Shown here one piece after another: positions 12,610 to 25,046 of a DNA stretch of 64,000 nt. The notes beneath the pieces were generated by a model. It did no database searches. It worked only from the letters and a program-made list of their open reading frames with translations, and had not been told where the DNA came from. The DNA comes from Felis catus (Eukaryota): positions 11,968,001 to 12,032,000 of the forward strand of contig NC_058369.1 of the NCBI RefSeq assembly GCF_018350175.1, written 5' to 3'. The translations under genes were made by a program, and so were the position numbers. Numbering within the stretch: the first letter of the stretch is position 1; every line of letters starts with the position of its first letter.

Positions 12610-13100
12610 TGGTAAAATACACATAACACATAACATGAAATTTACCATCTTCACCATTTTTCAGTGTTCACTTCAGTGGCATTAAGTACATTCTCGTGGT
12701 TGTGCAACCATCACCACCGTCCATCCCCACAACTCTTATCATCTTGAAAAACCGGAACTCTGTCCCCACTGAAACACTAACTCGCCATCCCCCTTCCCCA
12801 GCCCCTGGCACCCACCATCCTACTTCCTGTCTCTATAAATTTGACTCCTCTAGGGACCTCCTATAGGTGGCATCAGACAGTATTTATGCTTTCGTGACTT
12901 GCTTCTTTCACTCCGCATGACATTGTCAAGGTTCAACCATGTTATAGTGTCTGTCAGAATTTCCTTTCTGTGGAAGGTTGAGTAATCCATTGTATAGATA
13001 TGACACATTTATCTTTATCCATTCATCCATCAGTGGATACACGGGGTGCTTCCAGCTGTAGGCTATTGTGACTAATGCTGCTATGAACATGGGTGCACAA
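12610..13100 (-). mobile_element. Ancient LINE-1 3' end (L1MB-like)
   Basis: aaatttaccatctt...gtggcattaagtacatt...ggctattgtgactaatgctgctatgaacat. Confidence 0.75.
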
Positions 13101-13236
13101 TGCTGTTACTTTTTATCATTAATCCATTCATTCAAAGTCTCAGGAATTCTGATATGCCAGTGTTCAAACTGAGGGCATTTCAGGAATCATTTCCATATAA
13201 ATGTGGGAGTAGAAAGATGCTGATCCTTCCTAGAAG

Positions 13237-13464
13237 GAGTGATTCTCAAGAACAATTTAGCTTGTCCTCCCCCTCCCAGGGGACAGTTGGCAATGTATGG
13301 AAACATTCTGGGGTTGTCATGACTGGGGGTGGGGTGCTCATGGCATCTAATGGGTAGAGGCCAGGGATGCTGCTCCACAGTATCCACTGCACAGGATGGC
13401 CTTGAACCATCACAGAACGATCTGGCCTGAAACATCAGGAGCACCAAAGGTGAGAGATAAACCT
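13237..13464. mobile_element. MER20-like hAT DNA transposon
   Basis: gtgattctcaa...ccaggggacagttggcaatgt...ggcatctaatgggtagaggccagggatgctgct. Confidence 0.7.
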
Positions 13465-13613
13465 TTAAAGGATTGCATGCTTTAACTCTTCACCACTCCA
13501 TTCTGCACCAGCTCAGAAAGGCAACAGCAAAGGTGAGAGGATAAAATCCAGGATCTCATGAGAGACACCCTGGTGACACGTGGCATCAGAGAGAGCAAAT
13601 AAGTATCAAGAAC

Positions 13614-14100
13614 TATGAAGGGTCTGGGTTGTCACCTTCCCTGCAAGCTGACAATTTAACCTGATACAGTTTTGGATGCCGGCAGAAGACACGAGACTCC
13701 AGGGTCAGAGACAAAAGACTTTATTACTTGCAGTGCAGGTGGCATGAACTTCCTGTTTGTGCCAGTTCTTCCCAAGTCCCACAGGGACCATTCAGGTGAT
13801 CCCAGGTAGGTAATGGACACAAAATGTGCTTGAACCACAGCCGGGGAGCTCTACGCTGAGAAATCCCAGACTTTTCTAGTAGATTACACACAAACCTGCT
13901 CCACCTTTATCTCAGAGGGAGGCATTATCGTTATCATAGGGACAGCAAACAAACCTGCTCTCTGCTCTGCAGGAAGAAACTATCTTCCATGGCTGTTTGC
14001 TATACAAACATCCTTGAAAAGACAACCAAAAAAACCTTGCCCATGCCACTGTTTGCAAGTTGTACAGAAATGCCAAACACTCACAAAGATTGTTTCCCAG
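13614..14100. mobile_element. Probable solo ERV LTR
   Basis: Begins tatgaagggtct; contains ctttatta (reverse poly(A) signal) and LTR-like composition; family not identified. Confidence 0.4.
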
Positions 14101-14189
14101 TAGTGGTGGCACTGACACCCAATGGGTGGTGGCTACTGTTTGTAAGGGTAATTGGGGCTGAAGGTCAAGCACAAAAGTCTGCTCAGGGT

Positions 14190-14440
14190 ATAGTGTAGTG
14201 GTTCAATGAGTAGACTCTAGAGTCAGACCACCTGGGTTCAAATCCTGATTCTGTTACTTTTTAGCTGTGTCACCTTGAGCAAGTCACTTGACTTCTCTGT
14301 GCTCCAGTTTATCCTGCTATATGATGGAAATAGTAATAGCCTCTATCTCAAAGGGTTAGGTGAAAATTAATATATGAGCTTATGTATGCAAGGCACTTAG
14401 AAGAGCATGAGCTGATTGGGAGCCATGTCAGTGTTAACTA
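14190..14440. mobile_element. MIR SINE (representative; further MIR relics near 14640, 16640, 21400, 22640, 31720, 34840, 38330, 44800)
   Basis: ctgggttcaaatcct...ctgtgtcaccttgagcaagtcacttgacttctctgtgc core. Confidence 0.75.
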
Positions 14441-17360
14441 TAATTATCACTAATTATCATGACGGTGCCACAGAGCTCGTGGTCATGCCTGCTTTTCGGC
14501 ATTTGTGGCCAAGCTCTGTAACCCACACAGTTCCCCTGGAGTCTGTCTCCGAGATTTCTAGGAGGACACAGGGCCCTTTGCTTCCTCCACCCCACACTGG
14601 CTTAGTAAACACGGCAGTGGGGCTGGAGCGGTGGTGGTCTCAGGTCCCAGGGTATCAGACAGACTCAGGTTCAAATCCTGGCTTTGGCACATGCCAGCTG
14701 GGTGACCTTGGTGAGCATTTCCCTTGTGGGCGTGCGGGGGTGGGGGGCTCCAAGTTCTTACTGAACAAGGGTCTGGGTGAAGGGTCAGCGAAACCCCCCT
14801 CACACAAATACTACACACGCAGCATGTGACCCACCAAGAAGATAATCTGGATCATCCTTAGCCAGTGCCACTTTGATGACATTGTTGTCATGTTATTCAA
14901 TCAGCAAGACTTCACAGGATGCCAGAGGAGGAGATCTTTGCTCTTGTCCACCAACAGTAAGTGCGCTCTGGCTCCCTTGGTCTCTCTGGTGCCTCAAACT
15001 CCAGGAGACACATCGAGGGCCCCCCCCCCATACTCTCCTCTGTCATCTGACCCTAGTGTCCTCATTTCCCACCTACCACACTCTTTCTGCCCATCTCTCC
15101 ACAGTCAAGGCCTGCTCACCTCCTCTAGGACTCTCTCACCCGTGGTCTTCATATATGCAACACCTGTTTCTACTCCCCCCCCCCCACCCCACCCTCGGTC
15201 CTCTTTCAGACCTACTTCAATTGTCACCTCCTCCGGGAAGGCTTCCCTGACTCCATCCAAGGCCGATCATGTCCCCACGTTGCATATTAACATTAAGTGT
15301 TAAAATTAACATTTCACCGACATGCTCAGTGCCTACCCAGGTGCCCTCGGCTCCCACTGCCCCCCCCCCCACCCCGGCACAAAGGGTTTCCTTCTTCCAG
15401 CACCTGCATGGGGTGGCGGATTGGGGAAGGGAAGGGTGCCCCACGCAAGGGCAGGCCAGAAGTGCTGGCCAATCAACACCCCCCATATACACAAGCATCC
15501 TTCAACCAAGGAGGATGGGGATTGGTGCATAAATACCCCAGCCTACCACGCCCTCAGCCCCTACAACTCCGAGGAGCGTGTTCTCCGCTGCGCCCCCAGA
15601 GGCCCCCAGTGGGACTGCGCCTCAGTTGTCCAGAGAGGTAACTGGCTTCATCCAGGCAGCCTTTTACGGGCCTCCTTCCTTTCTCTGCCCCACCTCCCCA
15701 CCTGCTACCCATGTCTCCTCGGGTTGCCTCCCAAATAAATCACTTGCCCTTGAATTCTTGTCTCAGGGTCTCCTCGGGGAGCCCAACCTAAGACGGCAGT
15801 TTAGCCTACTATAAAGAATTCCCTAACTGTAGTTATTGGTCACCTCTCTCCCTGGGCTGAGTCGTGTCCACCACCATGTCTTCAAGGCCCACACAGTGCC
15901 TGCCATGTAGTAGATGCTCAATAAATGCCCCCAAGTGTCATGGCTGTGAGGTGGCCAGGGTGGCGATGGGTCCCTCTGTGCTCACCACCATCCTCAGAAA
16001 CCAGTGTCGGGAAGCGGGGGTTCACACCTCCGGAGGGATAAATGGTAGTTTCCACCCGCCTCATGCCCCACAGCCTGGACAGCTGGGCCCGGGCCCCCAG
16101 GAACGCTGGCCGACACTTCCAGCCCTGGTCAGCACTCCTCGGGCGTCCCTGGGGCAGGTACACAGACAGGGCACAAGTCCCAAGGCTACAGGGCAGGGGG
16201 CAGAGCAGAGCTTTAATTCCATTCCTAGCCTCCTTCTCCTCTCCCCAGCATCAGATTCCACTCCGGGAGCTCCCTGAACAAGAGGACATTCCAGTGACAA
16301 GGGTCTACCCTACAAGGCCACCGAGCTAGCTAGCCAGCTAGCCTGCAGCTCCTGGGGGAGGGATCCCTTTCCTGAGCTGGTGGTGTCAGGCCTGGAATTA
16401 GCCTCACCACCTGTGGAGAGGCTGGTCCCAGGGACTCCCAGGAGGCAGGGGTGGGGCAGGGGGAGGGAGTGGAGGGAGCTGACCTCTGATGACTTAGTCT
16501 GAGACCATCAGAGGACAGGAGAAGGGGCCCAGAGAGACATGGTGGGGGTCTCAGGACCTCTCTCCAGCTCTGTTCTAGAGGGAGCTGGGTCAGGTTTCTG
16601 CTCTGCCATTCACAAGCAGGGTGACCCTCGGGAGGCAACTCGGAGCCTCAGCTTCCTCCTCTGTAAATGGAAATAAATACAGTTTTCCACCTCTTAAGGT
16701 TCGGGGAGGCTGAAGTGAGGTGCTCTGAGTGCAGTGCTCAGCATGGCTCCTGGCACCAGACTCCACTCTTTTGATCACTGACATTCCTAGAGAGGCAATT
16801 ATGATGATTTGCTTAGATCATAAGAGGAAGGGGGGTCTGCACAACCAGGATGTGGGAAGGGGTGAGATAAGGGAGAGTGATGGAGAATGGAGTTGAGGAG
16901 GGATCTGGGCAGAGTCCCCTTGATTCCTGAACATGGGGAGAAGCCAGTGGCTTCTCCCCAGTGTCCTTGGGGCATGAGAAAGCTTCCAGAATGTTCAGTT
17001 TGCTACCGTTTGGGCCCCCATGCTGATGGGGGGTGGGGGATGGGAGTTCTCCACATGACAAAGAAAAGGAAGCTGGCTTAAGGGGGGGGTGGTAGAGGGA
17101 AGCAATGACTCTGTATCTGAGCCTGACACCCGTGCTCCCCAGTGGTGCTGGCCACTGCCCAGTCTCCCTTTATCCCATCCTTCTGTGGTCTTGGGCAGGA
17201 AACACAGAAGCTTCACTCCTTCTACTTCATCCCACACAGAAGCTTTGATGCTGGGCTGGAGGCCCCGGGGCTCTCTGTCTAGGAGTCCAGGAGGGCTTTC
17301 TGGAGGAGGAGCCATCTGATCTGGACTTTAAAGGATGAATACAAGCTTTCTAGTCCTAGA

Positions 17361-17363
<3 letters not shown>

Positions 17364-17404
<41 letters not shown>
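17364..17404. repeat. (GT)n microsatellite
   Basis: Perfect gt run of about 20 units. Confidence 0.95.
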
Positions 17405-17405
<1 letters not shown>

Positions 17406-18088
17406 AGGGGGGTATAAGTGTGTGGGAGGGAGTGTGTGAATGTATAGGGGGTTAGTTCTTCACTTTAATTAACAAGGATTTTCTGATCTTCTGGAGGCCG
17501 GGTACTCAGGAAGCCACAGATGATGCTTTGGAGCAGCTCACAGTTCCAACCTGGTGATCAAATAATAACAATAATAATAATAGCCCCCATATTCTGTGCT
17601 TATGCTGCTGGGGCTCAGCATGGGCAAGGCCCTCTGTGTTTATCATGTGAATGAATGAATGAATGAATGAATGAATACACCTTTCTGAAGGCAGGAAATC
17701 TTACCCCAGGTTGCTGGAGGACAGAAGGGACGAGCATGGCAGGGGGTTGGGGGGATGCCCACACATGCCAAGGCCTGAAGGTGGGGAAATGGCAGCCCTC
17801 CCTGGGAAGCAGTGTTGGGGACAGCTGGGGAGCAGAGGGCAGGAGTCTTGAGTGACAAGCTGAGAAGCTAAGGCCACCTCCTTTCCAGTGGTGCTGGAGA
17901 GCCACCGACAGACACTGAATGGAGCAGGGAGGGCATCAGGGCCTGGTCTGGGCCTGCCTTGGCTTCCAAGAATTCCCAAGAGATGACCCAGGTCACTCTT
18001 GCCCTGGTGGTGCCGGCCCACAGGGGCAGAGGAGCTGACAGAGAGACACAGGAGGAGGCAGAGATAGAAAGCAGGGCAGGGAAACCCT

Positions 18089-18094
<6 letters not shown>

Positions 18095-18127
<33 letters not shown>
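18095..18127. repeat. (GA)n microsatellite within a purine-rich tract (18030-18240)
   Basis: gagagaga run. Confidence 0.9.
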
Positions 18128-18129
<2 letters not shown>

Positions 18130-18598
18130 AAGAGATCCAGAGGGAATCTGAGAGAACAAGACCAAAAGAGATGGGGAGACAGACACAGAGATAGAGAGAG
18201 ACACTCATTGGAAAAGAGACAGAGGGAGAAGATGATGCGTCAGAGACTCACCAGAAAGCGGGGGTGACCCAGGGAGCCCCTGGGGCAGAGCGGGAGGTGG
18301 GTTGGAGTCCTGAGCCCATACCTGGAGGCTGGACCAGAGGGGAGGAGAAGGGAGGATGGGCGCCGCCCCACCCCACCTGGCCCCTACCCTACCCTGCACC
18401 CACTCACAAGCCCTCTTCCGTGCTCCCCAAGCACAGATGGGGAAGGTGAGGCCGGCCCGGCAGGCCAGGCCGCCAGGATCCTCCTGAGCCAATGCTGTGC
18501 CCGCACACCCACAAGGGACCTGTGTCAGCAGGTTAAAAACGGAAACGGGTCGGGCTCTTTCTTTTTTTTTTTTTTTTTCCTTTGAGAAAATCCTAGGC

Positions 18599-18830
18599 CC
18601 AAATAAGGCGAGGGCTGCGGGGAGGCTGGTGAGCTGGCCAAGTCCTCCTGAGCAAGCGAGTGGCGGCCGGCCCGGCGGCCTGGGCTTGGGCCTCCTCCAG
18701 GACTCGCCCGGCAGCGGGGCGGTGCGCCCCGAGCCTATAAGGGCCTCGCCCCCGCCGGGCCGCTCAGTCCCGACCCGAAGCGCAGCCCCCACCCCGCAGA
18801 GTCCTCTGCGCCCGCACCCGCCGCCCAGCC
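18599..18830 (+). promoter_or_regulatory. TPM4: TPM4 distal (exon 1a) promoter: CArG box, GC-rich core, TATA-like element
   Basis: Perfect CArG CCAAATAAGG 18599-18608; TATAA 18736-18740 within CCTATAAGGG; CpG-dense 18640-18980. Confidence 0.7.
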
Positions 18831-18944
18831 ATGGAGGCCATCAAGAAGAAGATGCAGATGCTTAAGCTGGACAAGGAGAACGCCATCGACCGCGCCGAGC
18901 AGGCCGAGTCGGACAAGAAAGCCGCCGAGGAGAAGTGCAAGCAG
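18831..18944 (+). CDS. TPM4: Tropomyosin 4 exon 1a (38 aa, long isoforms)
   Basis: [38 protein letters not shown]; Kozak gccATGG; donor CAG|gtgagg. Confidence 0.97.
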
Positions 18945-21900
18945 GTGAGGCCCCGACGGCTGGGCCGCGTCCGGCTGCCCACTGCCATCTCTGGGCTGCT
19001 CCCAGCCTGGAGGCCAGGTGCTGGGCCGGGGTGGGGGGTGGGGGTGGGGGGACTCTCAGAAGCCTTGGTCCCCGGAGTCAGGAGGGGGACAGGGGGCGAT
19101 GCTCTGGCTGGGAGCAAGGGGGACCACTGTCTTTCCAGGGTCCCTGAACTGGGAGAGAGAGGTGGCCCCAGCAGGGCCAGTGTGAGCAAAGTGAGAGAGA
19201 GAGACAGACGGAGACAGAGACAGAGAGACAGAGAGAGGGCGAGCTTGAGCACGAGCGCAAGGAAGGGGTCTTTGCGCCGGACGCGTGTGCAAGCTGGTGC
19301 GCGTAGGTGTGTTGGGACGAGGGTGTGAGCATGGAAGTGTGTGCTAGGAGGGGGTGTGGCCGACACCGTATGTGAGGGTGTGTTTGTGAGTCTGCCAGCG
19401 TGTTGGTGGTGGTGTCACCGTGGGCTTGTGTGTGCGGGCGAGAGGCCGTGCGCTTGTGCCAAAGTTGACATGACAGCAATGGAATGTGTGTGTGTCGGGG
19501 AGAGCGTGTGTGTGTCCAGGTGACTCTATTTGTATTGGCGTGTGTGTGCATGTTGGGGTGATTGTTTCTATCGGTGTGTATATGTGCGTGTGTCAGGGTG
19601 TGGAGCCGTGCGTGAGTGTGGGTGACCCTGGCCCCGTGTCAGCGCATACCCAGATATGTGTGGACCGTGGGTCCACACTGGTGACCGCCCAGGAAGGGTG
19701 GCCGAGTGTGGGTGCGTAGTGGGGCCAGCTGTGTCCAGCTGCTGGGGGAAGCGGGTGAGAGTCTGGGGACTGGGCTAGTTGGAGACTCGAGGGTAAAGCT
19801 GAGAATCTCCATGCATCTCTGTGTATCTCAGGTGCCCCTGACGTTGCTGCTATGAACCCAGAAGGGAAAGGTGGGGCGACAGTGACAGGCAGTGGCCTTG
19901 GACTCAGAGCTCCGGAGACAGCTTTCCAGGAGGCTCTGGCTGTAGGGGTGCATCAGGGACCTAATGTGGCCAGTGGGCAGGGGTCTGGGCTGGGCAGTCC
20001 CAAGGCCAGGGCTTGGGGCAGAGCAGAAGTCATTTGTCTGGGTCTGGGCGGCCAGATCAGCCAGAGGGAGGAGGGAAGGGGGTGCTGCTCCCTCCATAGC
20101 ACCCTGCCCCCCACAGGGCTCATCCACTGCCCCAGGGTCAACCGTCCAGCCCTCAGGGGCATCAGGGTCTCAGATAAGTCCCGGGAGCCACCCAGGACAG
20201 TGACACTACACTCCTAGCCCTGCCCAGCCCATATGCCAGGCCACCTTGGCAGGGAAAAGGGCAGGCTGTGAGCTCAGGCTGGCCCTGTTTCACAGCTCGG
20301 TCACGGGGCGCCCTGGAGGGAAGGCCTTCTGTGCCTCAGTGGCCCCACGTTTGAGACAGGAAAGTGACCGTGGTGCTTCCCTCATGACCATGGGAGGATG
20401 AGAGGTGACTGCAGGTGGAGCCCTTGTCCCGGTGCCCCGCACAGAGTAAGCACTCAATAAATGCAGGATTATTTCCTGCTCCACCCTACTTCCCCTTTGG
20501 GCCTCCCCATCCCCCAGTCTCCCTGGCTTCCCTAAGAGCCTGTGACACATTGGGAGAGGCCAGCCCCGCCCCAGCGCTCCCTGCCATACTCCCTTCCTCC
20601 CTCCTGGCTCCCCTCCCTGGCAGATACAGCCACCCCTCTTGTGCTGGCCCTGAGCTGCATCCATCATTTAGCCCTTGCCATGCGATGCTTAGCTGGGGAT
20701 TCAGAGAAAAGTGAGTTTATGGCTCTAATTTTCACTAAGGTGTGGGTGACTGATACAGCATAATCTCCCCAGGCAGACACAAATTCAAAAGGAAAGGCTT
20801 CTCAGAGCCTTCAGCCAGCTGTATGGCCCCAAAGCAGGGACAGGTTCTCTCACCTTCAGCTGGATTTTTATTCTGTTCTTGTTTCTCCACGAAGCCACCC
20901 ACTGGGGTGGGCTCGTGCTTGAATCCAGGCTGGATCTTCTTCTAACTTTGACTCAGGACACATTGCTGCCCCTCTCTGCACCCTCAGTGTTCTTATCTGT
21001 GAAATGGGGCACAGGCTACCTTCTGATGGCCAGGCATGGAACCCAAGATTCCAGAGGCCCAAAGCAGAAGCCACATTCCCATGGGGTGGATGGTCTGTCC
21101 TGCCTGGGAACAGAGGCAGGAGGCAATGAGGGATTCAACTTACCTGGAGAGCCTTATGCTTCAGGAGGCCAAAGAGCGTGGGCCGTGGGGCCTGCCTGAC
21201 CCTTGGGGACCCTGCAGCAAAATCCCAATTCTAGGCCCTGTTTGTCCAGTGTGGGAACAGGACCAGGAGGCCCAGCCCCCCCTGCTTCCTGCCCGCTCCC
21301 CTCCCAGGGCAGTGACATCCGCCACAAGTGGCCTTTGACCCCACATCCTGCCTCAGCCCTGCCCTAAGGCCCCATTTACACAGACTAAGGTGTGCAGTCC
21401 ATGACCTTCCCAGCTGTTTTACAGGCAGGGAAACTGAGGCCCAGAGAAGGAAGTGACTTGTCAGAGACCTCCCAGAGCCAGGCCAAGGCCACGCACCCCC
21501 CCCCCACACCCCGACCCCAGCAAGGTGCATACACCAACACACGCTCTGTGCTTAGAAACCGGACAGACGGAAAGAAACCTGGTTTGTCAGTCTTATTTAT
21601 TTTTCATACCTGGCTCCAACCGCTGAAGGGGTTGTGTCATTGATTCATTCCGCGCATTTCCCCTGGGGTTCTGCGGGGAGCCCTGGGCCCGGTGCCATGC
21701 TGAGTGATACTGGGGCTCAGAGGGACCTCAGCCCGAGGCAACTCCAGGGGAGCCCAGGCTGGGAGAGACAGAGCCAGACATGGAGGGACGCTCCCTGCCT
21801 CAACAGTCAGGGGTAGGCCAGAGGGAGGGACAGGGGCTGGGAGGGTCCAAGGTGGGCGGTAAGACTCTGCCCAGGGCAGCAGGGTGGGCTGCTCAGGGGA

Positions 21901-22120
21901 GGGGGCATCGGTGCTGGATGTGGAAGGTAGGCAGGAAGAGGGCACACTGGGCAGGGGGCATGGGTAGCCTACAAGTCAAGCGAAGCAGCTGTGGAATCAG
22001 TCAGCCCCTATCTGTACGGCCCAGGGACAAGTCCCTTCCTCATTCTGGGACTCAGTTTACCCTTCTGTGACATGGAGCTTTAGTGAAACAGTACTTGTAG
22101 TGTGCCTGGCACATCCTATG

Positions 22121-22285
22121 AGAGAATGCATGAGGGACGGGCAGAAAGGGAGAGAGAGAACCTCAAGCAGGCTCCGCACCGTCAGCACAGAGCCCAACAT
22201 GGGGTTCGAACTCTTGAACTGTGAGATCATGACCTGAGCCAAAATCAAGAGTCCGACGTTTAACCGACTGAGCCACCCAGGCGCC
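22121..22285 (-). mobile_element. Can-SINE
   Basis: Reverse body; agtgtgcctggcacat duplicated on both sides. Confidence 0.85.
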
Positions 22286-22835
22286 TCAGTGTGCCTGGCA
22301 CATTCTAAATGCCTCATGGCGCCCTGCCCACATTACCCCAGACCCCGCCCCTTGTTGTCCAAATGTTGCCGGAAAATGTTGTCAAACACTCAACCATCTC
22401 AGCACCTGGATGAACCCAATGCTGCAGAACTTGCTCTCACTCTTTCACGTTAAGAGAGCGCTCCGCTGGGCACATAGGTGGCACCTACGAAATGCTGCAC
22501 CCCACAGATCCTTCCAGAAGGAAGTCAGGTGGACGCTGGGTCACGCTGACCTGTCTTTAAGGAAATTGGCTCATTTTCTCAGTCAAGGCAAAAGTTTCAC
22601 AGCAGCTACTGGGGCACTCAGAGAGCACCACATCAAGGCTTCCATTTTACAGATGAGGAAACTGAGGTCAGGAAAGGGGACAGGGTATCATAGAGCTGGG
22701 ATTTGGAGCCAGGCTTTTGGGCTTATTGCCTGAAGGTCCTTCCTTCCACTCCCCTCCCCACTCCCTAGCTCAGCAGCAGGACACTCAGTGGCCCTGAAGA
22801 CGGGACAGGGGGCCTTTTAAGAATCTGCACAGGTG

Positions 22836-23062
22836 GGCCTCCCCCCCCCCCCCCCCCCGGCGGGCAGTTCAGTCAGTTGATATCCGCTCAGGTCATGATC
22901 TCACGGTTTGTGAAACGGAGCACAGAGCCTGCTTGACATTCTCTCTCTCTGTCCCTCCTCCACTTGCGCGCACGCTCTCTCTCTCTCAAAATAAATAAAT
23001 GAACATTAAAAAAAAAAATTTGCACGGGCACACACACACACACGCACACGCACACACACACA
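22836..23062 (+). mobile_element. Degenerate Can-SINE with poly(C) run, followed by (CA)n
   Basis: gctcaggtcatgatctcacggtttgtga, (CT)n, aataaa tail; cacaca 23029-23062. Confidence 0.7.
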
Positions 23063-24343
23063 AAGCATCTGGCACATTTTAGACATCACCTCGGGGGTGA
23101 GTGTGTAACCCAGATCAGATTCAGAGCTTGACCTAGAAGTCACATCAGCGTTTCTAACATACCTTCTTCGGGAAGTTAGAGAAAAGAAGGAAGTCAGAAA
23201 GGGATGCAGGAAAGCAGGTCTGGCCTAAGGGCCTGTTCAGAAGTGGATGCAAATCCTGTGCTGTGTGTTCTGGAGAAAGTCATTCTACCTCTCTGGGCTT
23301 CCTGCTGGGAAAAGGAAGCAGGAGGATGAAGTGAGGGCCTCCCGCCCACCCTGGGAGCATGGACAGGACTGGGGACATATGTCAGATCAAAGCACGAGCT
23401 GGACGGGCCACCCCAGACCAGAGTTAGGGGTAGGGGAGGGAGGTACAGCCTGGAGGTGATGGAGAAAGCTGACTCTTAACTGGTGTGGTGGAGGGCGATG
23501 GAGAGGGAGAGGTGAGGGGGTCTGTGGTTTGTATTCCACAGACCCGAACTTTTCACACTGGGAGTGCCCAGAGAGCAGCAAGTCTCCAAGGTAAACAAAT
23601 AGAACTGAAAATTGGGGGGAAGTAGGGGACATTTTAATTAAAATGAACATAAGCCAGATGTGCAATAATTTTAAAGGTTTAACTTCTGCCTTCGAAGAAA
23701 ATGGTCTTTGTGGGGGCATCTCTCTTCTGGCCAGGACCCCCAAGTACAGGAGTGGAGCGAGTCTGAGCCCTTCAATCTTTCAGAGTATTTTGTGAGACAG
23801 TCTGAGAACCACTCTCTTGGGCAATGGGGAGCCACAGTAGTTCTAGGCAGGGGGAGGGCAAACATAAGCTTTCTAAAATTTTTTCTGGCTGCCAGTGTAG
23901 GAGGCAGAACTGGGGGGGGGGCACAGGCTGGGGCTTGGGGGACAGTCCAGGCCCAGAGTATGAGAGTCCTATTTCTGCCTAACCGGGGATCACCAGCAGG
24001 CCGCACCCCTGAAACTGGGATGCAAACCTGAACGTGTGTTCCTGGGAAATGGTTTCAGGCCTTGTTTCCCAAAAGCTGTGATTGATTTGGAGAGAGCATC
24101 TGGGACCCCCCCCCCCCGCGCCCCAAAAGATAAGCACAGCTGGTCCCAGGAGGTGGGAAGAATGTGAAAATTCTATTAACAGGTAGCATTAGAGTGGTGC
24201 CTAGTGTTGTTATCTCTGTTTTGCAGATGAGGCAACTGAGGCTCAGAGGGAGAGAGAGGGCTCTTGTGAATGGGGGGTGGGGGGCGCCCCTGCGCCTCGG
24301 GCACGTGGCCCCCAGGCTGACGCGTCCCCCCATCTGTCCCCAG

Positions 24344-24469
24344 GTGGAAGAGGAGCTGACGCACCTCCAGAAGAAGCTGAAGGGGACGGAGGATGAGTTG
24401 GACAAATACTCCGAGAACCTGAAGGACGCACAGGAGAAGCTGGAGCTGACGGAGAAGAAAGCCTCCGAC
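24344..24469 (+). CDS. TPM4: TPM4 exon 2b (42 aa)
   Basis: [42 protein letters not shown]; cag|GTG and GAC|gtacgt; 126 nt. Confidence 0.97.
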
Positions 24470-24551
24470 GTACGTGCGCAGTAATGGGGAAGCCCGCGGC
24501 TGGGCCGGGCAGGAGCCCCGGGGCCGGACGGGCTGGCGGGCGGGCAGCGCC

Positions 24552-24613
24552 AGGAGGAAGAGGAGGAGGAGGAGGAGGAGGAGGAGGAGGAGGAGGAGGA
24601 GGAAGAGGAGAAG
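24552..24613. repeat. (GGA)n trinucleotide repeat between exon 2b and the exon 1b promoter
   Basis: About 14 uninterrupted GGA units plus imperfect flanks. Confidence 0.95.
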
Positions 24614-24914
24614 GCGGTGCCTCCCGGCGCTTTCTCCAAATAAGTCCCGAAAAGGGGCACTTTCCAGCAGCTGTGGCCAGCGGTGCCGACGTCAGGCCCT
24701 CCCCCAGCGGTGCTGACGTCGGCGGCCGGGCCGGGTGACCTCATCGCCCCGACGGCGGCCGGGCCGGGGGCGGGGAGAGGCGGGGGCGGCCCCGGCGCAG
24801 GCAAAGGCTCGGGGGGCCGGGGCGCGGCTGGTGCAGCTTTCGCCGGAGCCGGAGCCGAGCCGAGCGCCCGCCGCTGCCCGCCGCCCGCTGCGTGCGCCTC
24901 CGCGCCTCCGCGCC

Positions 24915-25046
24915 ATGGCCGGCCTCAACTCCCTGGAGGCGGTGAAACGCAAGATCCAGGCCCTGCAGCAGCAGGCGGACGAGGCGGAGGACCGCGCGCA
25001 GGGCCTGCAGCGGGAGCTGGACGGCGAGCGCGAGCGGCGCGAGAAA
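24915..25046 (+). CDS. TPM4: TPM4 exon 1b (44 aa, short 248-aa isoform Tpm4.2)
   Basis: [44 protein letters not shown]; gccATGG; AAA|gtgaga. Confidence 0.98.
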
